64,000 nucleotides of DNA from Myxococcota bacterium (GTDB lineage Bacteria; Myxococcota_A; UBA796; UBA2385). The stretch is taken from contig JBIJDH010000002.1 in the NCBI GenBank assembly GCA_044344255.1, forward strand, positions 416,001-480,000. The letters run 5' to 3'. Every line of letters begins with the position of its first letter. Positions within the stretch are counted from its first letter, which is position 1. The notes under the pieces are model-generated. The model worked only from the letters and a program-made list of their open reading frames with translations. It did no database searches and was not told the DNA's origin. The position numbers and the translations under genes were made by a program. Below, piece after piece: positions 46,942 to 58,065 of the stretch.

Positions 46942-47046
46942 GGGGGGTCCTTCGGAAGGCAGGGGGCGCCCCTCCGCGGGGGGTGGGCGAGCGGGCAGTC
47001 TAACCCCCGCGCGACTCGGGACCCGAAGACCGGCTCGCGGCGTCGC

Positions 47047-50000
47047 TCAGTGAAAGTCGCGGCTCTTCGACGCGACGGGGGTGGCCTCGGGGAAGGGCGC
47101 AAAGGAGAGCGCGAGCAGGCTGACGGCCGCGCCGTCGCGCTGGACGCGGGCGGTGGCCCGGAGGAGGTTGGTCTCGAGGATCAGCGCCCGCTGCCGCTCG
47201 AAGAGGGGCGGCTTGATCACGAGGTTGAGCAGGCCGGTCTCGTCCTCGAGGGTCATGAAGACGACGCCGCTGGCGGTGCCGGGGCGCTGTCGGTTGCTCA
47301 CGAGGCCGGCGACCTTGACCACCTTACCCGCCTCGCAGCCGAGGATCTCCTCGGCCGTTCGAACCCCTTGTCGGCGGAGGACCTCGCGGGCCATCCGCAC
47401 CGGATCGTGCTCGATCGACAGGCCGAAGGAGCGGAAGTCTTCCTGCAGGGCCTCGGCGGCCGTGGCGGGCTCGAGCGGAGGGGGCTCTTCGACCCGCTTG
47501 AGGCCGCGGAAGAGCGGCAGATCGTAGAGCCCCTCCACCGTCCACAGGGCCTGGCGTCGGTCGGCCTCGAGGCTGGCGAGGGCGCCGGCGCGGGCGAGGC
47601 GACCGAGCTCGGCGCGTCGCAGGTCGGCCACCCGGGCGAGCTCGGGCACGCTGGCCGGCGTCCCGCCGGTGCGGGCGGCCTCGATGCGGTCGGCCACGGA
47701 GGCGTGCAGCCCCTTCACGAGGCGGAGGCCGAGGCGGATCGCGAAGGCGGGCAAGGACCGGCCCTCGGACACGAACCGCTCCCCGGAGGGCTCGAGCGTG
47801 CAGTCCCAGCGGCTGTGCAGGACGTCGATGGGGCGCACCTCGATGCCCTTCCGCCGGGCGTCGGCGACGAGCGCGCGCGGGGAGTAGAAGCCCATCGGCT
47901 GCGAGTTGATCAACGAGGCCGTAAAGGCCGCAGGGAAGTGACGCTTCAACCAGCAGGATACGTAGACGAGGCGCGCAAAGCTGGCGGCGTGCGACTCGGG
48001 GAAGCCGTACTCGCCGAAGCCTTGGATCTGGAGCGCGATGCGCTGGGCGTACTCCTCGGGGATGCCGCGGCGGGTCATCCCTTCGATGAGGCGGCGGCTG
48101 TGCTCTTCGAGCCCCCCCTTCTTACGCCAGGCCCCCATCGCCCGGCGGAGCTGGTCGGCCTGGCCCGGCGAGTAGCCGCCCACCGCCATCGCCATCGCCA
48201 TCACCTGCTCCTGGAAGAGCGGCACGCCGAGCGTGCGGTAGAGGATGGGCTGCAGGTCGCGGTGCGCGTAGGTGACGGGCTCTTCACCGTTTCGGCGCCG
48301 GAGGTAGGGGTGCACCATGCCGCCCTGGATCGGCCCCGGCCGCACGATCGAGACCTCGATGACCAGATCGTACCAGCACCGGGGACGGAGCCGCGGGAGC
48401 ATCGACATCTGGGCTCGGCTCTCGATCTGGAAGACGCCCACGGTGTCAGCCGCGCAGATCATGTCGTAAGTATCGGGATCTTCGGCGGGGACGGTCGCGA
48501 GATCCAGGGCCCTGCCCCAGGAGGTGCCGACGAGGTCAAAACACTTGCGGATGGCCGTGAGCATACCGAGCGAGAGCAGATCCACCTTCACGAACCCGAC
48601 GATGTCGATGTCGTCCTTGTCCCACTGGAGGATGGTGCGGTCCTCCATCGTGGCGGGCTCGACCGGCACCATGTCGACGAGGGGCCCGTCGGAGATGGTG
48701 AAGCCGCCGACGTGGATGCCGATGTGGCGGGGCAGCCCCTGGAGCTCTTGGGTGAGGGCCAGGGTGAGGCGGACCCGACGGTCGGAGGGGTCGAGGCCCG
48801 CGGAGCGGAGCTGCTCGTCCTTGGGCATCCCCTTGTCGAACCACTGGATGCCGCCGGCGAGGCCGTCGACCTGATCGAGGGAGAGGCCCAGGGCCTTGCC
48901 CACGTCCCGCACCGCCGACTTTCTCCGCCAGGAGATCACCTCGCTCACCATCGCCGCCCGATGCCGGCCGTAGCGACTGTACAGGTACTGGATCACCTCC
49001 TCTCGGCGCTCGTGCTCAAAGTCGACGTCGATGTCGGGCGGCTCGCCCCGCTCCTCCGAGATGAAGCGCTCGAAGAGGAGCTGAAACCGCGCAGGATCCA
49101 CAGAGGTGATCCCCAGCGCGTAGCAGACCGCGGAATTGGCGGCGCTGCCTCGCCCCTGGCAGAGGATGCCCCGCTCGCGTGCGAAGCGGACGAGATCGTA
49201 GACCGTGAGGAAATAGGCCGGGAAGTTGAGGCGGCTGATCAGGCCGAGCTCGTGCTCAACGAGCGTGCGCACCGAGGGTGGGGTGCCGGCCGGGTACCGC
49301 TCCCGAAGGCCACGCTCGGTGAGGTCGCGCAGCCAGTCCATCGGCGTCCAGCCCTCGGGCACCACCTCGCGGGGGTACTTGTAGCCGAGCTCGGCGAGGG
49401 TGAAGCGGCAGCGCTGGGAGACCTCGTTCGCGCGCTCGATCGCCGCCGGGTAGGACTGAAAGAGGGCCTCCATCGCCAGGGCCCCGCGGAGGTGGCGCTC
49501 GGCGTTGGCGGCGAGGGCGCGGCCCGCCTGATCGACGGTGGTGCCGAGGCGCACGCAGGTGAGCACGTCTTGGAGCGGCTTTCGGGCGCGATCGTGCATC
49601 AGCACGTCGTTGGTGGCGAGGAGGGGGAGGCCGGCGCGGCGGGCGAGGCCGGCCTGCGCCGCCATCTGCGCGCGGTCGTCGGCGCCGAGGGGGCGGCTGA
49701 GGCCCATGGAGGCGTGCTCGCCGAAGGCCTCGCGGAGGCGGCCGAGGTCGCTCGGGGCCCAGGGGCCGAGGGCGATGGCCTCGAGGCCGGCGGCGCGCTC
49801 GAGCACGTCGCCGAGGGGCAAGCGGGCGCGCCCCTTCTCCACGCCCGGGCGGCCCTGGGGGGAGGGGGCGATGGCGTCGGGCCCGGCGAGGGCGGTCTCG
49901 ACCTCCCCGCCGCAGCGCCCGCGGGTGAGGATGCGGCAGAGGTGGGCCCAACCCTGGGCGTCGCGGGCGAGGAGGGCGAGGCCGGGAGCTTCGGCGAGGG

Positions 50001-50223
50001 TGACGAGCGCCCCGCAGATCAGCCGGGGGGCGGGCCCCTCGCGGGCCAGCTCCTGCGCCCTCCGCCAGGCCCTCGGCAGGCCGTAGACGCCGTCCCGATC
50101 GGTGATCGCGACGGCCTCGAGCCCCAGCCGCGCCGCCTCGTCGACCACCTCCTCCGGCGTGCTCGCCCCCTCGCGGAAGGAGAAGGCGGTGCGACAGATG
50201 AGCTCGGAGAAGCGACCCGACAT
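47047..50223 (-). CDS. dnaE2: Error-prone DNA polymerase III alpha, DnaE2
   Basis: GRGSAANS, PPDIDVDFEH, HVGGF, QIESRAQMSMLPRL, YGFPESHAASFA, NSQPMGFY, FMTLEDETG, and the DnaE2-type C-terminal SRDFH. Confidence 0.96.
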   Translation of the reverse strand: MSGRFSELICRTAFSFREGASTPEEVVDEAARLGLEAVAITDRDGVYGLPRAWRRAQELAREGPAPRLICGALVTLAEAPGLALLARDAQGWAHLCRILTRGRCGGEVETALAGPDAIAPSPQGRPGVEKGRARLPLGDVLERAAGLEAIALGPWAPSDLGRLREAFGEHASMGLSRPLGADDRAQMAAQAGLARRAGLPLLATNDVLMHDRARKPLQDVLTCVRLGTTVDQAGRALAANAERHLRGALAMEALFQSYPAAIERANEVSQRCRFTLAELGYKYPREVVPEGWTPMDWLRDLTERGLRERYPAGTPPSVRTLVEHELGLISRLNFPAYFLTVYDLVRFARERGILCQGRGSAANSAVCYALGITSVDPARFQLLFERFISEERGEPPDIDVDFEHERREEVIQYLYSRYGRHRAAMVSEVISWRRKSAVRDVGKALGLSLDQVDGLAGGIQWFDKGMPKDEQLRSAGLDPSDRRVRLTLALTQELQGLPRHIGIHVGGFTISDGPLVDMVPVEPATMEDRTILQWDKDDIDIVGFVKVDLLSLGMLTAIRKCFDLVGTSWGRALDLATVPAEDPDTYDMICAADTVGVFQIESRAQMSMLPRLRPRCWYDLVIEVSIVRPGPIQGGMVHPYLRRRNGEEPVTYAHRDLQPILYRTLGVPLFQEQVMAMAMAVGGYSPGQADQLRRAMGAWRKKGGLEEHSRRLIEGMTRRGIPEEYAQRIALQIQGFGEYGFPESHAASFARLVYVSCWLKRHFPAAFTASLINSQPMGFYSPRALVADARRKGIEVRPIDVLHSRWDCTLEPSGERFVSEGRSLPAFAIRLGLRLVKGLHASVADRIEAARTGGTPASVPELARVADLRRAELGRLARAGALASLEADRRQALWTVEGLYDLPLFRGLKRVEEPPPLEPATAAEALQEDFRSFGLSIEHDPVRMAREVLRRQGVRTAEEILGCEAGKVVKVAGLVSNRQRPGTASGVVFMTLEDETGLLNLVIKPPLFERQRALILETNLLRATARVQRDGAAVSLLALSFAPFPEATPVASKSRDFH

Positions 50224-50236
50224 CGAGCGGACCATA

Positions 50237-50292
50237 GCGCGTGGACCTCCGCGCGTGGACCTCCGCGCGGAGGCCGTCGCGCGGAGGCCATC
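50237..50292. repeat. Four tandem 14-bp units directly upstream of dnaE2
   Basis: GCGCGTGGACCTCC x2, then GCGCGGAGGCCGTC and GCGCGGAGGCCATC. The junction forms the perfect palindrome CCTCCGCGCGGAGG. Confidence 0.85.
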
Positions 50293-50398
50293 GCTCGCGG
50301 CCCGCGGTGAACGGACGGGATAGGTCGGCGGGAGTCGGCGGCGTGAGCTCGGCTCGCGGCCGCTGAGTTTTTTCTCGCATCCGGTTGGAGTGACCTCC

Positions 50399-51832
<1,434 letters not shown>

Positions 51833-51845
51833 GCCCGTCTCCTCG

Positions 51846-54287
51846 GTGGTCCGCCGCTTGTCGTACAGCTTGTTGTTCACCCTGTTCCTCGGGTCTTGTG
51901 AGGCCCCGCCGCAGCCCCTCCTCCCGGAGCAGGGCCGTTGGCAGGCCGTGGAGGAGCAGCGCGGGCCGGCCACCGAGCTCCCGCGTTCGGGATCGGGCAC
52001 GGGCGCCGGGGTCGGCGGGCCCTCGGGGGAGGTCACGGTCCTCGCCGCCGGCCGAGACCGCCAAAACCAGCGCGTGTTGGCGTGGATCCTCGCGGATCGG
52101 GAGCTGGTCCTGAAGACAAGGAGCCCCGGTGAGGCCTGGGGGCCGGTCGAGGCGCGGCCGCTCCCCGAGGGCCTGCGCCCGAGCGCCGCCGCTGACTCGA
52201 CCCTCGCCGTCGACGCCGATGGCGCCGTCCACATCGCCGTGCTCCACGACGACGGGCTCGCCGTCTATCGCTGGGGGGCCGAGGCCTGGGAGCGCCTCGG
52301 CCCGCCGGGGGCGCTCGGTGGGATCGGGCGCGGGCACGGCGCCACGCTCACCTTCGATCCGCAGAACCACCCGGTCGTCGCTCGTCGGGTGGGTGACCAT
52401 GTCGGCGTCTGGCGCTGGGCCACCGATCAGTGGGAGCTCGTGGGGGACCTCCTCCTGCTGCCCGGGGTCGGCCGCGACGCGCCCTTGGGCGGGGCCGCGC
52501 CCTCGATCGGCTTCGACCAGCGCTCCGAGCCGGTGATCGCGCTGCGGCTCCAGCAGCGGGTCCGGTGGCGGAAGGCCGAGAACGGCGCTCGCGAGGCCTC
52601 GACCCCGCAAGATGACCGCTACCCCGTAGTCGTCGCTCGCCACGGCGCCCGCGGCTGGGAGTGGTTGGCCCGCACCCGTGGCTCGCCTTTGCAGGACGAT
52701 CCGCGGCGACGCCGGCCGGCCACCCGGCGAGACGACTCCGTTGGAGACCTCGCCTGGGCGGAGATCGCCCGCGAGTCCGGCCCCCCCGCGGTGACGGTGG
52801 ACCGCCAGGACCGGGTCACGGTCGCCTGGACGAGCCCCGATCGGCTGCTGCTCTACCGGTACGACGGCCGTCGCTGGGGAGCCGTGCCCTTCAGCGCCGA
52901 GTGGGCCGACCACCCCGCCGAGCCCCGCTTCCTCACCACCCCGGTCGGCCTCCGCCTCGCCTTCACCGACCGCGGGCCGAGCGAGGGCCGCCGCCTCCGC
53001 GTGCTGCTGGAGGGGGAGGCCGGCTGGACCGAGGCCGGGCCGGTGGACGGCGCCGCCGGTGACTCCGGGCACCCCGCGCTCACCCTCGAGGCCGACGGCG
53101 GGCTGCTCGCGGCCTGGTCGGAGCGGGTGGCCGGGGCCGACCTCCTCTACGCGCGCCGGCTCCACGAGGGGGAGTGGACCGAGACCGTCGCAGGGTCGGG
53201 CTGGCACGATCTCGAGCGGCGTGTGGCCGGCCCCTGGGCTCCAGCCGATCGACCGCAGCTCGCCTATGGGGCCGACGGCGGCTTGATCCTCGCCTGGACC
53301 GAGCTCCTGTCGACGGGGGGCCGCGTGGGGGTCGAGCGCTGGGACGGGGCCGCCTGGTCTCGCCTCGAGGCTCCGCGGACCCGCCTGCCCGCCCGGCGCT
53401 CCCTGTGGCGGGCTGACCTCGCCCTCGACGCCGCAGGGGCGCCCAGCCTCCTCCTCCCCACCCGCGGCGGCGGCGAGCTCGGCCTGCGGGTCGCCCGCTG
53501 GGACGGCGCCGCCTGGGGGCTCAGCCCGCCGCTCTGGGGGGCCCGGGAGGCCGCGCTGGTCGGAGCCGGCGATGGGGATCCCCTTGTCTTTGCGCACCAC
53601 GAGCAGACCGTGGGCCTCTATGCGCTCTCGGGAGAGGCCTGGGTCCCGCAGGGTGAGCCCCTGCGCGCCGGGGAGAGCCGGGTGGAGCCCGCCTTCGCCC
53701 GGGACGCCACGGGTCAGGGCTATGCCCTGTGGGTGGACGAGCTGCGGGCCGAGGCCCAGCTCGGCCGCCTCACCGAGGCGGGGGTCGAGCGGATCCCCGG
53801 CCTGATGACCGCCTGCGACGTCGACGAGCAGGCCGACGTCGAGGGTGTGGCCTTGCTCGGCGGCGGGGGCGGCGCAGGCGTGGTGGTCGGCCTCACCGTC
53901 GTCGAGGGGGACGGCCTCAGCCGCTACCCGCTCTGCCGGTGGACCGGCGAGGCCTGGGAGCCCGTGCCCGCCGTCCTCCCCGCCGGCACGGCGCTCTCCG
54001 GGCGCCCCGGTGGAGCCGGCGCGCTCTCGCTCGCCAGCGATGGCGCTCAGCTCTTCGCTGCCTTCGAGCTCGACACCGACGCTGGGCGGCGGGTGGCCGT
54101 ACAGCGGCTGCGCGAGGACGGCTGGACCCCCCTCGCCGGCGGAGGGCCCGCGGGGGAGGTTGAGCCTTGCCGGGGCGCTTGCGCCCAGCCCGCCCTCGTC
54201 GCCCGCCCCGGGGAGCTCTGCCTCGCCTGGCTCACGGGCGGCGAACGAGCAGACGTCGTCGAGCTCCGCTGCCATCGGCTCTGGTGA
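51846..54287 (+). CDS. Large hypothetical lipoprotein with Trp-rich repeats (probable beta-propeller)
   Basis: Lipobox LGSC; recurring (Y/W)R(W/Y)DGxxW and PxLxxxxDG...AW motifs. Confidence 0.68.
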   Translation: MVRRLSYSLLFTLFLGSCEAPPQPLLPEQGRWQAVEEQRGPATELPRSGSGTGAGVGGPSGEVTVLAAGRDRQNQRVLAWILADRELVLKTRSPGEAWGPVEARPLPEGLRPSAAADSTLAVDADGAVHIAVLHDDGLAVYRWGAEAWERLGPPGALGGIGRGHGATLTFDPQNHPVVARRVGDHVGVWRWATDQWELVGDLLLLPGVGRDAPLGGAAPSIGFDQRSEPVIALRLQQRVRWRKAENGAREASTPQDDRYPVVVARHGARGWEWLARTRGSPLQDDPRRRRPATRRDDSVGDLAWAEIARESGPPAVTVDRQDRVTVAWTSPDRLLLYRYDGRRWGAVPFSAEWADHPAEPRFLTTPVGLRLAFTDRGPSEGRRLRVLLEGEAGWTEAGPVDGAAGDSGHPALTLEADGGLLAAWSERVAGADLLYARRLHEGEWTETVAGSGWHDLERRVAGPWAPADRPQLAYGADGGLILAWTELLSTGGRVGVERWDGAAWSRLEAPRTRLPARRSLWRADLALDAAGAPSLLLPTRGGGELGLRVARWDGAAWGLSPPLWGAREAALVGAGDGDPLVFAHHEQTVGLYALSGEAWVPQGEPLRAGESRVEPAFARDATGQGYALWVDELRAEAQLGRLTEAGVERIPGLMTACDVDEQADVEGVALLGGGGGAGVVVGLTVVEGDGLSRYPLCRWTGEAWEPVPAVLPAGTALSGRPGGAGALSLASDGAQLFAAFELDTDAGRRVAVQRLREDGWTPLAGGGPAGEVEPCRGACAQPALVARPGELCLAWLTGGERADVVELRCHRLW

Positions 54288-54339
54288 GCGACCCCAACCC
54301 CATCGACCCTCCGCCTGCGCCGAGGGAGGAGTGACCCGG

Positions 54340-55143
54340 ATGACCCTGATCCTGGACCGTGTCCGCGTCGAGCGGGTGGGCGCCGTGGCCCACGTGCAGC
54401 TCCACCGCCCCGAGAAGCACAATGGGCTCGACTGCGCGCTGATCGATGCCCTCATCGAGGCCGCGGCCTCGCTCTCGGACAGCCCCGGGCTGCGCGCGGT
54501 CGTGCTCTCGGGCGCCGGCCCATCCTTCTGCGCCGGCCTCGACTTCCCGAGCTTCCTGGCTGACTCCGAGCGGCTCATCCCCCACCTGATGGACGAGCTC
54601 ATCGGGCCGGCCAACCGCGCCCAGCAGGTGGCCTGGGCCTGGCGGGCCCTGCCAGTGCCGGTCATCGCGGCGCTGCACGGGCACGTCTACGGGGGCGGGC
54701 TCCAGATCGCGCTCGGCGCCGATCTCCGGCTCGTCCACCCCGAGGCCCGCCTCTCGATCATGGAGATCCACTACGGGCTCATCCCCGACATGGGCTTCAC
54801 GCAGACGGTGCTGCCCCACCTCCGGCCGGATCAGGCGATGGAGCTCACCCTCACCGGCCGCAAGGTGGGGGCCGAGGAGGCCGTCCAGCTCGGGCTCTGC
54901 ACGCGGATCGAGGCCGAGCCCCTCGAGGCGGCGCTCCGCCTCGCCGAGACCATCGCCGCCCGCAGCCCGCACGCGATCCGCGCCGCCAAGCAGCTCATCC
55001 GTGAGGCCCGGGGCCTCGACGTGGCCGCCGGCCTCAACCTCGAGGCCCGCCTGCAGCGGGGGCTCCTCGGCAGCCCGAACCAGCTCGAGGCGGTGATGGC
55101 CAACTTCGAGCGGCGCCCCGCCGTGTTCGTCGATCCGAGCTGA
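54340..55143 (+). CDS. Enoyl-CoA hydratase / crotonase family protein
   Basis: LHRPEKHNGL, SFCAGLD, PVIAALHG...GGGLQIALGADLR, MEIHYGLIPDMG. Confidence 0.92.
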   Translation: MTLILDRVRVERVGAVAHVQLHRPEKHNGLDCALIDALIEAAASLSDSPGLRAVVLSGAGPSFCAGLDFPSFLADSERLIPHLMDELIGPANRAQQVAWAWRALPVPVIAALHGHVYGGGLQIALGADLRLVHPEARLSIMEIHYGLIPDMGFTQTVLPHLRPDQAMELTLTGRKVGAEEAVQLGLCTRIEAEPLEAALRLAETIAARSPHAIRAAKQLIREARGLDVAAGLNLEARLQRGLLGSPNQLEAVMANFERRPAVFVDPS

Positions 55144-55155
55144 GCCGTCGACCGG

Positions 55156-56502
55156 ATGGAGCGTCGTTTGTCCAAGTCTGCCCATGGGGCCCCCCCGCCG
55201 TCGCTCCCCACCTACGACGGCGACGTCGAGACCTCCTGGGAGGCCGTTGAGGGCCCGCCGGACCTCGGTTCGCCGTCGCAGGCCCCCCGCTCCGAGGGGC
55301 CGTCGGAGGGGCTCCTCGGCGGCGTGTCGACGGGCTTTGGCACCACCGTTCTCCCCGACGTGGAGTGGGACGCCGCCCGCCCGGTGCTGCGGCGCCGCGT
55401 CGAGACCCGCTTCCTCCCCTTGCAGCGCCTCGGCGAGGGTGGGCTCGGTGAGGTGGTGTCGGTGCAAGACCAGGACATCGGTCGCCGGGTCGCCATCAAG
55501 CGCATCCGCGCCGACGTCGTCTCCACGAACTCTATCGTCCGCTTTCTTCAAGAGATCCGCACGGTGGGGCGCCTCGAGCACGCCAACATCATCCCCATCC
55601 ATGATGTCGGGCGAGACGCCGACGGCGCGCTCTACTTCGTGATGCGCCACGTGGACGGAGAGACCCTCCAAGCCGTGATTGAGCGCCTCCGCGCGGGAGA
55701 CCGCGCCACCCATCAGCGCTACCCAACGGAGCGCCGTGTCCAGATCATCGCGGCCGTCCTCGAGGCCCTGGCCTTCGCCCACTCCCAGGGGGTGGTCCAC
55801 CGCGACATCAAGCCCGCCAACGTGATGATCGGGCGCACCGGCGAGGTGATGGTGCTCGACTGGGGCGTGGCCCACCTGATGCGGACGATCGAGGTCGGTC
55901 AGCGGGGGGAGCCGGAGGCGCCGGCTACAGCGGGCTCGGCCGGCAGCCCGCCGCCGCCCGCGGTCCTCCTCCAAACTCAGGATGGCGCGGTCGTCGGCTC
56001 GCCCGCCTACATGTCCCCGGAGCAGGCCCGGGGAGAGGCGATCGACGCGCGGAGCGATCTGTACTCTGTCTCGGTGATGATGCACGAGCTGCTCTGCCTC
56101 CGCCATTACCTGAGCGAAGCCGGCGACGTCACCGCGGTGCTCGCGGGCGTCTCCGCCCTCCCCGTGCCGATCGCCAGCCGGGTCGCCTCTCCGCACCAGC
56201 CCCCCGTGCCGATGGACCTCTCCTGGTTCATCCACCAGGGCGTCCAGAAGGACCGCGCGCGCCGGTATCCGTCTGCGCAAGCGATGCTCGACCGCCTCGC
56301 CCGCCGGGCAGAGGGCGACATCCCCATCCAGTGCCACGTGACCCTCACCAAGCGCCTCACCTTCATGGCGCTTCGTTTCTTCGATCGTCACGTTCTCCTC
56401 GTGACCGCCTTTGCGCTCCTGGTCTCTCTCGGGGCGCTCGTCTCCGGGGCGCTCGGGCTGTGGAGCTTCCTGTTGGCCGCTGGCGTCGGCCGCGGCCCTT
56501 GA
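55156..56502 (+). CDS. Hanks-type Ser/Thr protein kinase with C-terminal TM helix
   Basis: LGEGGLGEV, VAIK, HRDIKPAN, DWG, GSPAYMSPEQ, SDLYS. Confidence 0.94.
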   Translation: MERRLSKSAHGAPPPSLPTYDGDVETSWEAVEGPPDLGSPSQAPRSEGPSEGLLGGVSTGFGTTVLPDVEWDAARPVLRRRVETRFLPLQRLGEGGLGEVVSVQDQDIGRRVAIKRIRADVVSTNSIVRFLQEIRTVGRLEHANIIPIHDVGRDADGALYFVMRHVDGETLQAVIERLRAGDRATHQRYPTERRVQIIAAVLEALAFAHSQGVVHRDIKPANVMIGRTGEVMVLDWGVAHLMRTIEVGQRGEPEAPATAGSAGSPPPPAVLLQTQDGAVVGSPAYMSPEQARGEAIDARSDLYSVSVMMHELLCLRHYLSEAGDVTAVLAGVSALPVPIASRVASPHQPPVPMDLSWFIHQGVQKDRARRYPSAQAMLDRLARRAEGDIPIQCHVTLTKRLTFMALRFFDRHVLLVTAFALLVSLGALVSGALGLWSFLLAAGVGRGP

Positions 56503-57977
56503 GGCACCCGCGCCTCCCCCTGCTGGTCTGCCTGCTCGTCGCCGTCGCCGGCCTCGCGCGCTTCGCCGACCTCGACTACGCCGTGGACGACGCCTGGATC
56601 TCCTTCCGGGTCGCCCGCAACCTGTGGACGAGCGGGGTGCTGAGCTTCAACGTCGAGGGCCCGCCGGTGGAGGGGATGACGAACCTCTCCTGGACCCTGC
56701 TCTCCGCGCTTTGGGTGCGGCTCCCGGTGGACCCCATCCTCCCTGCCCGTGCGCTCGGCGGCGCGCTCCACCTGCTCACCGTGGGCCTGGTCACCACCCT
56801 CGCCGGTCGGGTGGCGGGGCCGCGGGCGGCGCTCGTGGCCGGCCTGCTCGCTGCCACATCGGGCTCCCTCGCCTACTACGCCCTCTCCGGGCTCGAAACC
56901 CCGCTCACTACCGCCCTGTTCATGATCGCCCTCGAGCGCTTGGAGCGCGGGGCGCCCACGCAGGCCGGCGTCGCCCTTGCCGCGTTGGCGATGACCCGCC
57001 CCGAGGGCGTGCTGGTGGGCTCCCTGCTGGTCGGCCTGGTCACCCTCGAGGGGCGGCGCGCCGGGCTCCGCGCGGGCTTGCCCTTCCTCGTCGGCGTGGC
57101 GGCCCTCGAGCTCGGCCGCCTCGCGTACTACGGCGCCCTGGTGCCCAACACCTTCTACGCCAAGGCGCCTGAGGTCGGCGGTGGTCTCGACTACGTCGTG
57201 CGGGTTTGCACCCTCGGGCTGGGCCTCGTCGGTCCCCTCGTGCTCTGGCCGCTGCGCCAAGATCGGCGGGCGCTGGGCCTCGGGGCGCTCGCCGCGGTCG
57301 GGGTCCTGGGAGCGGTGGCCAGCGGCGGCGACTGGATGCCCGGGCTCCGGCGAGTGGCCCTGGAGCTGCTGCTGCTCTACCTCCTCGCCGGGGTGGCCGT
57401 CGCGCGGCCGGCGGGGCGCGCCTTCGCTGGCCTCGGGGTCCTGGCCCTCTTCGGCGGGAGCCTCCTCGGCGCGCTCCGGGGGGACGACAGCGCTCGCTTC
57501 GCCGACGTGGGCCTCCGCCGCCTGGGAGAGGCCGCCGCCGCCACCCCCGGTCTCTCCCGGGTGGCGATGGTCGACATCGGTCGGTTCGGGTGGGTCTTCC
57601 CGGGTCACATCGTCGACCTCGTCGGCCTCACCGACGCCCACCTCGCGCACCTCCCGGGTGGCCACGCGAACAAGCCCTGGGATGAGGCATGGTTTCGCGG
57701 CCAGGCGGCAGACCTGCTCATCGTGCGCTCGGAGAGCCCGGTGGGCGACCCCCTCCTCGCCCCGCCCCGGCTCGGTGCCCCGGAGGTGGGCCTCGTGCGG
57801 AGCGTGCTCGAGAACGGGGGATACCGCCTCCACAGCGTGACCGAGGCCGCTCCGGGCCGCTGGCTGCTCATCTTTCGCCGTGACGGCCTCGTGCTACCAC
57901 CTGGCCTCTGGGGTGGGGAGGTTGAGAAGGACCTCCGTCAGCTCTTCATCGAGGCCAAGGCCCGGAGCGCGGGCTGA
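56499..57977 (+). CDS. Polytopic GT-C-like membrane glycosyltransferase (AftB-like N-terminus)
   Basis: VDDAWISFRVARN...VEGMTN, SGLET, TRPEG, YYGALVPNTFYAK, GGDWMP, VDLVGLTD. The TTG start overlaps the kinase TGA. Confidence 0.78.
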   Translation: MRHPRLPLLVCLLVAVAGLARFADLDYAVDDAWISFRVARNLWTSGVLSFNVEGPPVEGMTNLSWTLLSALWVRLPVDPILPARALGGALHLLTVGLVTTLAGRVAGPRAALVAGLLAATSGSLAYYALSGLETPLTTALFMIALERLERGAPTQAGVALAALAMTRPEGVLVGSLLVGLVTLEGRRAGLRAGLPFLVGVAALELGRLAYYGALVPNTFYAKAPEVGGGLDYVVRVCTLGLGLVGPLVLWPLRQDRRALGLGALAAVGVLGAVASGGDWMPGLRRVALELLLLYLLAGVAVARPAGRAFAGLGVLALFGGSLLGALRGDDSARFADVGLRRLGEAAAATPGLSRVAMVDIGRFGWVFPGHIVDLVGLTDAHLAHLPGGHANKPWDEAWFRGQAADLLIVRSESPVGDPLLAPPRLGAPEVGLVRSVLENGGYRLHSVTEAAPGRWLLIFRRDGLVLPPGLWGGEVEKDLRQLFIEAKARSAG

Positions 57978-58065
57978 GCGTCCGGCCAATCGCGACCCCG
58001 CCTCCCCGCCATGAAGGGTGGTAGCCTCCGCCCGCTTTCCGCCCGCCCGATTGGAGCCGCTCACC

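Noticed and set aside
50300..50330. GTGAAC upstream of dnaE2 as an SOS box
   Set aside because: Half-site only. No GTT(C/T)AG partner at 4-bp spacing.
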